Shown in pieces: positions 54,610 to 64,000 of a stretch of 64,000 bases of DNA (position 1 is the stretch's first letter; each line of letters starts with the position of its first letter). The DNA is taken from assembly GCA_009914755.4 (NCBI GenBank), contig CP068257.2:38304001-38368000 (forward strand), given 5' to 3'. A program made the position numbers and the translations under genes. Source of the stretch: the human T2T-CHM13v2.0 reference genome, Homo sapiens. The notes below the pieces were generated by a model that ran no database searches, was not told the origin of the DNA, and saw only the letters and a program-made list of their open reading frames with translations.

Positions 54610-57600
54610 GTTGGCCTCCTTTTCCTATTGCCTTCTCCTCTATGCCTGTGTCTGAAATTGCCCTCCACCCTTCTCTTATAGGTGTTGGCCTCCTTTTCCT
54701 ATTGCTTTCTCCTCAATGCCTGTGTCTGAAATTGCCCTCCACCCTTCTCTTATAGGTGTTGGCCTCCTTTTCCTATTGCCTTCTCCTCTATGCCTGTGTC
54801 TGAAATTGCCCTCCACCCTTCTCTTATAGGTGTTGGCCTCCTTTTCCTATTGCCTTCTCCTCTATGCCTGTGTCTGAAATTGCCCTCCACCCTTCTCTTA
54901 TAGGTGTTGGCCTCCTTTTCCTATTGCTTTCTCCTCAATGCCTGTGTCTGAAATTGCCCTCCACCCTTCTCTTATAGGTGTTGGCCTCCTTTTCCTATTG
55001 CCTTCTCCTCTATGCCTGTGTCTGAAATTGCCCTCCACCCTTCTCTTATAGGTGTTGGCCTCCTTTTCCTATTGCTTTCTCCTCAATGCCTGTGTCTGAA
55101 ATTGCCCTCCACCCTTCTCTTATAGGTGTTGGCCTCCTTTTCCTATTGCCTTCTCCTCAATGCCTGTGTCTGAAATTGCCCTCCACCCTTCTCTTATAGG
55201 TGTTGGCCTCCTTTTCCTATTGCCTTCTCCTCAATGCCTGTGTCTGAAATTGCCCTCCACCCTTCTCTTATAGGTGTTGGCCTCCTTTTCCTATTGCTTT
55301 CTCCTCAATGCCTGTGTCTGAAATTGCCCTCCACCCTTCTCTTATAGGTGTTGGCCTCCTTTTCCTATTGCCTTCTCCTCTATGCCTGTGTCTGAAATTG
55401 CCCTCCACCCTTCTCTTATAGGTGTTGGCCTCCTTTTCCTATTGCCTTCTCCTCTATGCCTGTGTCTGAAATTGCCCTCCACCCTTCTCTTATAGGTGTT
55501 GGCCTCCTTTTCCTATTGCCTTCTCCTCTATGCCTGTGTCTGAAATTGCCCTCCACCCTTCTCTTATAGGTGTTGGCCTCCTTTTCCTATTGCCTTCTCC
55601 TCAATGCCTGTGTCTGAAATTGCCCTCCACCCTTCTCTTATAGGTGTTGGCCTCCTTTTCCTATTGCCTTCTCCTCAATGCCTGTGTCTGAAATTGCCCT
55701 CCACCCTTCTCTTATAGGTGTTGGCCTCCTTTTCCTATTGCCTGCTCCTCTATGCCTGTGTCTGAAATTGCCCTCCACCCTTCTCTTATAGGTGTTGGCC
55801 TCCTTTTCCTATTGCCTTCTCCTCTATGCCTGTGTCTGAAATTGCCCTCCACCCTTCTCTTATAGGTGTTGGCCTCCTTTTCCTATTGCCTTCTCCTCTA
55901 TGCCTGTGTCTGAAATTGCCCTCCACCCTTCTCTTATAGGTGTTGGCCTCCTTTTCCTATTGCTTTCTCCTCAATGCCTGTGTCTGAAATTGCCCTCCAC
56001 CCTTCTCTTATAGGTGTTGGCCTCCTTTTCCTATTGCCTTCTCCTCTATGCCTGTGTCTGAAATTGCCCTCCACCCTTCTCTTATAGGTGTTGGCCTCCT
56101 TTTCCTATTGCCTTCTCCTCAATGCCTGTGTCTGAAATTGCCCTCCACCCTTCTCTTATAGGTGTTGGCCTCCTTTTCCTATTGCCTTCTCCTCTATGCC
56201 TGTGTCTGAAATTGCCCTCCACCCTTCTCTTATAGGTGTTGGCCTCCTTTTCCTATTGCCTTCTCCTCTATGCCTGTGTCTGAAATTGCCCTCCACCCTT
56301 CTCTTATAGGTGTTGGCCTCCTTTTCCTATTGCCTTCTCCTCTATGCCTGTGTCTGAAATTGCCCTCCACCCTTCTCTTATAGGTGTTGGCCTCCTTTTC
56401 CTATTGCCTTCTCCTCTATGCCTGTGTCTGAAATTGCCCTCCACCCTTCTCTTATAGGTGTTGGCCTCCTTTTCCTATTGCCTGCTCCTCTATGCCTGTG
56501 TCTGAAATTGCCCTCCACCCTTCTCTTATAGGTGTTGGCCTCCTTTTCCTATTGCCTTCTCCTCTATGCCTGTGTCTGAAATTGCCCTCCACCCTTCTCT
56601 TATAGGTGTTGGCCTCCTTTTCCTATTGCCTTCTCCTCTATGCCTGTGTCTGAAATTGCCCTCCACCCTTCTCTTATAGGTGTTGGCCTCCTTTTCCTAT
56701 TGCTTTCTCCTCAATGCCTGTGTCTGAAATTGCCCTCCACCCTTCTCTTATAGGTGTTGGCCTCCTTTTCCTATTGCCTTCTCCTCTATGCCTGTGTCTG
56801 AAATTGCCCTCCACCCTTCTCTTATAGGTGTTGGCCTCCTTTTCCTATTGCCTTCTCCTCAATGCCTGTGTCTGAAATTGCCCTCCACCCTTCTCTTATA
56901 GGTGTTGGCCTCCTTTTCCTATTGCCTTCTCCTCTATGCCTGTGTCTGAAATTGCCCTCCACCCTTCTCTTATAGGTGTTGGCCTCCTTTTCCTATTGCC
57001 TTCTCCTCTATGCCTGTGTCTGAAATTGCCCTCCACCCTTCTCTTATAGGTGTTGGCCTCCTTTTCCTATTGCCTTCTCCTCTATGCCTGTGTCTGAAAT
57101 TGCCCTCCACCCTTCTCTTATAGGTGTTGGCCTCCTTTTCCTATTGCCTGCTCCTCAATGCCTGTGTCTGAAATTGCCCTCCACCCTTCTCTTATAGGTG
57201 TTGGCCTCCTTTTCCTATTGCCTGCTCCTCAATGCCTGTGTCTGAAATTGCCCTCCACCCTTCTCTTATAGGTGTTGGCCTCCTTTTCCTATTGCCTTCT
57301 CCTCAATGCCTGTGTCTAAAATTGCCCTCCACCCTTCTCTTATAGGTGTTGGCCTCCTTTTCCTATTGCCTTCTCCTCTATGCCTGTGTCTAAAATTGCC
57401 CTCCACCCTTCTCTTATAGGTGTTGGCCTCCTTTTCCTATTGCCTGCTCCTCAATGCCTGTGTCTGAAATTGCCCTCCACCCTTCTCTTATAGGTGTTGG
57501 CCTCCTTTTCCTATTGCCTTCTCCTCTATGCCTGTGTCTGAAATTGCCCTCCACCCTTCTCTTATAGGTGTTGGCCTCCTTTTCCTATTGCCTGCTCCTC

Positions 57601-58308
57601 AATGCCTGTGTCTGAAATTGCCCTCCACCCTTCTCTTATAGGTGTTGGCCTCCTTTTCCTATTGCCTGCTCCTCAATGCCTGTGTCTGAAATTGCCCTCC
57701 ACCCTTCTCTTATAGGTGTTGGCCTCCTTTTCCTATTGCCTGCTCCTCAATGCCTGTGTCTGAAATTGCCCTCCACCCTTCTCTTATAGGTGTTGGCCTC
57801 CTTTTCCTATTGCCTGCTCCTCAATGCCTGTGTCTGAAATTGCCCTCCACCCTTCTCTTATAGGTGTTGGCCTCCTTTTCCTATTGCCTGCTCCTCAATG
57901 CCTGTGTCTGAAATTGCCCTCCACCCTTCTCTTATAGGTGTTGGCCTCCTTTTCCTATTGCCTTCTCCTCAATGCCTGTGTCTAAAATTGCCCTCCACCC
58001 TTCTCTTATAGGTGTTGGCCTCCTTTTCCTATTGCCTTCTCCTCTATGCCTGTGTCTAAAATTGCCCTCCACCCTTCTCTTATAGGTGTTGGCCTCCTTT
58101 TCCTATTGCCTGCTCCTCTATGCCTGTGTCTGAAATTGCCCTCCACCCTTCTCTTATAGGTGTTGGCCTCCTTTTCCTATTGCCTTCTCCTCTATGCCTG
58201 TGTCTGAAATTGCCCTCCACCCTTCTCTTATAGGTGTTGGCCTCCTTTTCCTATTGCCTGCTCCTCAATGCCTGTGTCTGAAATTGCCCTCCACCCTCCT
58301 CTTATAGG
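54610..58308. repeat. Minisatellite/VNTR with a 74-bp unit and ~50 tandem copies (~3.7 kb). Two higher-order repeat blocks are superimposed
   Basis: The unit is 'gttggcctccttttcctattgccttctcctctatgcctgtgtctgaaattgccctccacccttctcttataggt'. Successive starts at 54610, 54684 and 54758 confirm the period of 74. Variant sites are ctt/ttt/ctg, ctat/caat and tgaaatt/taaaatt. Units 16-25 (55720-56459) repeat as units 26-35 (56460-57199) with 9/10 unit types identical. Units 35-41 repeat as 44-50, an offset of 666 bp. Confidence 0.97.
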
Positions 58309-58478
58309 GAAACGTATCACTGGATCTAGAGCCCACTTGGATAGTCCAGGATGACATTATCTCAAGATGTTTATCTTCATCACACCTGCAAAGACCCTTT
58401 CTCCAAATAAGGTCACACTCACAGGTCTCAAGTGGACATCTCTTGGGGGCTGCTCCCATCAAACCACAATACACAACA
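58309..58478 (-). mobile_element. Right part of the same MLT1-type LTR
   Basis: 'gggaaacgtatcactggatctagagcccacttggatagtccaggatgacattatctcaagatgtttatcttcatcacacctgcaaagaccctttctccaaataaggtcacactcacaggtctcaagtggacatctcttgggggctgctcccatcaaaccacaatacacaaca'. Confidence 0.7.
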
Positions 58479-59675
58479 CAGAAAGGCCACTAAGTGTTGT
58501 AACTCAATTTTTGGGAGATATTTGTTAGAAAACCAAAGCCTTTGACAGCAGGAGTTTCACTCTGCATTGACCTGACCCATTTTCTTTCCCCCAAGATAAT
58601 GCTTTAAAGTTCCCTGCATGGTGGCTAGAGGGGGGCGCTCCCCATAGCTCTGAAATTCTCTGATTTTGCACATAAAAATTGGAATTTGAGGGTAAATCGT
58701 TGAATTAGGCAGTACTACTCAGGCACTTTTTCACTTAAGGAATGTTATAAGTAAAAATCCAAAAGAATTCCTCCAAAATAATGGCATTTGTGCTCTCTAA
58801 AGAGTTGATGGGGAAGATCTTTGTGGTCAGAAATGACTTCTCCCCATTCCTCAAACCACAGTGCGTGGACTCCCACTGCAGACTCATGGTGGCCCTGCCG
58901 TGGATTCAGGGCAGGAGTGCCCCTTCCTGGAGGAGCTGTCAGAGCGGACTGTGCTCACAAAAACACACTCCCCTGCTGAGGGGTCAGCAGTGAAGTGATG
59001 GGGAGGCCTGGGGCAGGGAGAGGGCAGCAGTGACTACAGGGCGAGATGGTATTGGGATAAATAGAAGAGGAAGAACCCCAGTATGGCGGAACAGAGGGAA
59101 TGGGCCCAACCAAGGTGGGGAATGGGCCCTCGCAAGGGCGAAAATAGAAGCTAAGATATAGATGGAGGCTCTGGAACAAAACACAGGGAAGAAGGCAAAC
59201 TTGCCCTTGTCAGTACTGCCGTTCAGAATTTTTCTATTAGTTGAAGTCAGTAAAGATGGTGGTCCAACTGGAAGTCATACTAGACTTCTGTGGTTCTATA
59301 ATTCTAACTAGGAATCTTCAATTAGAACCTGGACTTGGCAGAGGGAAGAGCCTGCAAAGATCCAGCACAATCTGAAATCAAGGCTCCTATTTATTTGTTT
59401 TCCTGTTTACTACCCCACCCCCTTATCAGAATGGAAGCTCCCTGTGGTCAGGGTACTTGCCTGTTACGTTCGTTGTTGGATCCCAGGTCCTATTCCCAAT
59501 GTTTGACATAGCAGGTGCTCAATAAATACATGATGTGAAGGAATGAATAGTGAGCACGAGGCTTCATTTATGCGTATTTTGTTCAAATTTAACTCTGAAT
59601 TTTTTGACTTTCACTCCCTGGTCTGGTCCTTCCCAGAGCTTTTTTATCTTTATTTTTATTTATTTATTTTTTTTT

Positions 59676-59912
59676 GACAGGGTCTCACTTTGTCACCCAG
59701 GCTGGAGTGCAGTGATGCAATCTCAGCTCACTGCAGTCTCGACCTCCTGCATTTGAGCAATCCTTCTGCCTTAGCCCCCCAAGTAGCTTGGACTATAGGT
59801 GTGCACCACCACGCCTGGCTAATATTTGTATTTTTTGTAGAGATGGTGTTTTGCCATGTTGCCCAGGCTGGTCTAGAACTCCTGAGCTCAAGTGATCCCC
59901 CAACCTCAGCCT
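59676..59912 (-). mobile_element. Alu SINE (truncated), preceded by T/A-rich tail-derived sequence
   Basis: 'tttgacagggtctcactttgtcacccaggctggagtgcagtgatgcaatctcagctcactgcagtctcgacctcctgc...tcctgagctcaagtgatcccccaacctcagcctcc'. Confidence 0.9.
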
Positions 59913-60454
59913 CCTTAGAGCTTTAATTGCCTCCTGTTTACCCTGTTGGTGAGGGAGGGTTCTCTCCCTAGGATTTGGAATGTGGCTAAACACACAACAC
60001 CTGACAGTGGACAGATGCGATCGACAGCAGCCTATTCCTAACATATACCCACAGCCCAAGGGAGGAGGACACCATGCCACGCAGGCCATTTAAGGACAGA
60101 GTGAATAACCAGGGGCTGTGGGAGGCAGGCTTTGTAGTAACAAGAGACTGCAATGTCTCTCGGTTCCTGTGGGAGGATGCAACTGGCTTATTTGAGTAAT
60201 TCCACCGGCTGGCAGGGAATGAAACTCACTACTCAAGGATAAGCAGTATCTGCCTGGTCCCTTGATAAGGAGGGTTGCTTGGCTGGGGGACCTTCTCTGC
60301 AGGAGCAGACTGGGGAGGTGAGTTTGTGGTGATGCCATCTGAGGCCCTCCTGATTTTGACAGATGTAAGGAAACAAATAATACTTAGCTTTAATTTAAAC
60401 CTTAGACTATACAGAGTTACAAGAACAGGACACAGAGTCAGTGCTTATGAGGTC

Positions 60455-60540
60455 AAATAACCTACTAAGCTGTGTGTCTTGAAGTTATGTAGCCTCTCTC
60501 TGCCTTTCTCAACCTATTAATGAGGAATGATAATAACATT
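60455..60540. mobile_element. MIR SINE relic
   Basis: 'ctaagctgtgtgtcttgaagttatgtagcctctctctgcctttctcaacctattaatgaggaatgataataac' matches the MIR core (ctgtgtgaccttgggcaagt...cctcatctgtaaaatggg..ataata). Confidence 0.55.
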
Positions 60541-60595
60541 CACTTCATAAGCTGCTGTCCAAAATAAGTTGATGTGTAAAAGACACTTGTACCAG

Positions 60596-61075
<480 letters not shown>

Positions 61076-64000
61076 ATGGATATAAAACACATAGCATGGC
61101 CCCTGGCCCCTGAATAGCCATCCACTCACGTCCACAGGGGTTATTCTATTCATAATACTATAGAAATAGCTTCCACTTACAGAATGCCTACTCTATGCTG
61201 GGTGCTGACCCAGGCACTGGCTCAGGGGGTCTAAGGCCCTGGGAGGGTGGAGGCTCCAGGGTGAGGGACGGGATGGGTCAGGGCAGGAAGGATGTTGTAG
61301 ACTGTGGTGAAGAATTTGGAACATGTGGTTGTCACCCTGGGGTCTGGAGTTATGAGATGGGAAAATAGTGTAGAAATTATTGAGACGGGGGCGTTTCAAA
61401 GTTCACGTGACCCCAAGAGATCTGGCCACTCCTTCCACTGGGAAACCTGCACATCCTTCTTCCCCTCTGCATGCACTGGCCTTGGATTGATGAGAGTGGC
61501 TGCTGTGGGTGTGTCCCTCAGGCTTGCTGGGACAGAGACAGTATGGAGGGCTGCTGCAATGGAGGGACGTGGAGACTCGGGAGAGTGTGAGCTGGGGAGG
61601 ATAGGTCAGGGTGTGGGTGGAGTGAACATTCAGGCTGCCCTGCAGAGGACAGACTGCAGCTGAGAAAGACCTGAGAGAGAGAGAGAGAGCAAGGATGGTG
61701 TGCCCATGTCTGGGAGAGACAGCATGAGCAGGGCAGCCAAGGAGAGGATGAGAAGGATTTGTGACCATGCAGCTCTCTTTCCAACCAAGGGCGTCATACC
61801 AGTGCAGACACCTTTTCTTCTCAATCTGGGAGAATTTCACTTCTGGTACTTGTAAAATAGGAGTTGCTCCTGCGAGTAATTTTTTGAAAACAAGGCGAAT
61901 AAAAATACATATTTTTGTACTGAAAGCCTTGGGAGATGGAAAGGATCTCAAATCTCAGATCCTGAGGAGAGAGGGTACAGAGGTATAGGTGAGAGGGGTT
62001 GGGGACAGGGGCTGCAGACTGAAAACATGGAGGGCTTGAGAAATGCCCATTCTGCAGTCTTCAAGGAAATATTCCAATGTATCTCCAATAGTCATGCCAT
62101 ATAGCCTCGCTGGGGCCACAGAGCCATTGTAGAGGTTAGCAACTCAATCCCGCAGTCAGAAAGTCCCGACAGGACATCAGATGCAGGGATGAACTGCGGT
62201 AAGCAGAGCTGCAGTCAAGCAAAATGAGGGTCAGAGCAGCTCACTGAGCCTGGGCAAGGTGGAGCGCTAGAGAATTCCCTGGCAAGCAAGGAAAATACAT
62301 GGAAATAAATCTCCCTGCAAACAGCATTGCTAATTAAAAATGTATCCATGCCATTGATGATGTGGAGTTTTGTTGCTTTATATTAGTGACTATAAATGTA
62401 TTTACATTGGCTTTCAAGCTTACTGCACTTTGAAAGTTCTTAAATTCCTCAACGTCAGATTCTACAATCAAATTCTATGACCCATGGGTCTAACCCTCCA
62501 GTAGCGGTGCAGGGAAATCTGTAGTATTTAAGGGTTTGGATCCCCAGAACTTAGTGATGTACTTGGTGGAGAGGGGGCTGGAGGTGGCTGGGGCAGGAGT
62601 CAGGACTGGGCACAGGGAGGCAGCTACATGAGTTGTGGGGGCAGGGGCTTACGGGGCTCCTGTGGGACAGGCATAGTCACGTGACTTGGAGCTGGAGGCA
62701 TGTAGTCAGCAGGTCGGGCTCTCCCAGCAAATCCTCTTAGGTCACAGATTCCACCCGGTTCATGTGTTAGACGTGCACTCACATGGGTGCCACCTTTCCT
62801 AGTGGGAAACAACCGAATAGCAATACGCTGATATCAGTATCATTTTCTTTTTTTTTTATCAGTATCATTTCCTTTTATTTGCCAAGAAAAGAGATCTCTG
62901 TGTTTTGGAATGAGACTGGGCCATTTTCTTGACCTGGGGAAGTCGGTTACCTTTACTTAGCTTCAATTCCTCATTTATTATGTGTGGAGAGTCACCTGTG
63001 ATGCAGATTAAATGTAAGGGAGTAACATGTACAGTCTCCTAGCACAGTGTCTGGGGCATAACAGACATTCCGCAGTAGTAATGATCGTCATCAGGATCAT
63101 ATAGCTGGTTCCTTTGAAATACCTCCGCATAAGCCATCTATAAGGTTCTTTCTGAAAAAATACTAGTTGATTTGAATGTGGATTAGGAAAAGGCCACTGG
63201 GTTTGGGGAAGGTGGAGATATGGCCACATTCTAAATTTTAATGGTATGCTCCTTTGAAAAAGGAGTTCCAGGCATGACTTCCTCCTTTGTGTTCATGTAT
63301 GATTGCTTGACGGTAAGACTAATGTCCCATACATTTTATTAGTCCACATATTGGCCATCAAGGATGGGGCAAGTCCTTCTTACTGGGTCCCAGGAGTGGC
63401 ATGCCTTGTGGTTAGCCTGTGTTCCTTCTCTGGTTGCCTCAGCCCCTTTTCTTTCTTCTTTCTCCTGACTTTTTCTGGGCAGGTTTCTCTGAGAACTAGG
63501 TAGAAAGATCACATTAGTCAGAGGAAAGATGAAAAGAAATTAGTGGTTACAGTCTTATAGCTCACTTGGGAAATCTGTGCCCGTTCTCCAGGGGTTTTCA
63601 GCTTTAATTTTTCTAATTCAATCATTTTACAGTCTGAACCCGCTGGCAGGCAGTGAATTTCTTTTAAGATTGCTGCAGCAGGGAGCTTCTATTGGCAGAA
63701 ATAATTTTTTAGTGCTATAAAAATCTTGGCGGAGTTTGAGAAACATCCTGGTGGTCCCAGCCCATCTCCTAGTGACCACTCCATTAAATCCAGGAAACAA
63801 ATCCTTCATCGACTGCTATCACAAAGTTGAAATTTATTATACAGTTCAGAAGTGTAACGATTCTGGGAAATCAAGAAGAAATGGAGATGAAATTCCCAGC
63901 TCCACAGCATAATTCTCTCAGTAAATGGACACAATCCTGCCTCTTATTTTGAGCTCAAAAGACAGACTTTGAAGATCTGAAAGTTTCTATTATTGATGCT

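Noticed and set aside
54610-58308. Possible CRISPR array, considered because of ~50 regularly spaced direct repeats
   Set aside because: The 74-bp units are contiguous with no unique spacers between them. The flanks are LTR sequence, and the genome is mammalian. It is a minisatellite, not CRISPR.
61403-61951. Longest ORF in the window (182 aa, minus strand), with overlapping ORFs 61518..61784 and 61630..61824
   Set aside because: Its composition is low-complexity S/P/L/H-rich, with no recognisable domain. It sits in GC-rich unique non-coding sequence and has no splice or promoter context. Three overlapping frames being open at once is typical of GC-rich non-coding DNA, not of a gene.

Overview
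This window is primate (almost certainly human) nuclear DNA, not a prokaryotic locus. The six-frame ORF track is nearly all noise: every ORF I traced falls in Alu, LTR, L1, microsatellite or low-complexity sequence. I found no operon, defence system or CRISPR array.

The evidence for human/primate origin is repeat content. There are at least 14 Alu SINEs, several with poly-A/T tails and intact target-site duplications. There are MaLR solo LTRs of THE1/MST type and MLT1 type, L1 3'-end fragments, MIR relics, and microsatellites ((TCTA)n, (GT)n, (TTTC)n).

The one coding feature I can support is the terminal coding exon of PCP4 (Purkinje cell protein 4, PEP-19) on the + strand at 9191-9318. It has a polypyrimidine tract and AG acceptor, and encodes ...[41 protein letters not shown] including the IQ motif. 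A ~280-nt 3'UTR follows, with an AATAAA signal at 9574-9579. On that basis the window is human chr21q22.2: bases 1-9190 are PCP4 intron 2 and everything after ~9600 is sequence downstream of the gene.

The most notable non-genic structure is a 74-bp-period minisatellite at 54610-58308. It has about 50 copies and two higher-order repeat blocks (10 units and 9 units). It expanded from inside an MLT1-type LTR whose halves still flank the array.

Smaller observations:
- an Alu with an internal ~135-bp tandem duplication;
- a 5S-rRNA-like 50-nt fragment beside an L1 3'-end piece, bracketed by a 16-nt direct repeat;
- a near-perfect 38-bp inverted repeat;
- several local segmental and tandem duplications.

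Repeat family names are from memory of consensus sequences and are less certain than repeat class. Coordinates of repeat boundaries are approximate (about +/-10 bp).
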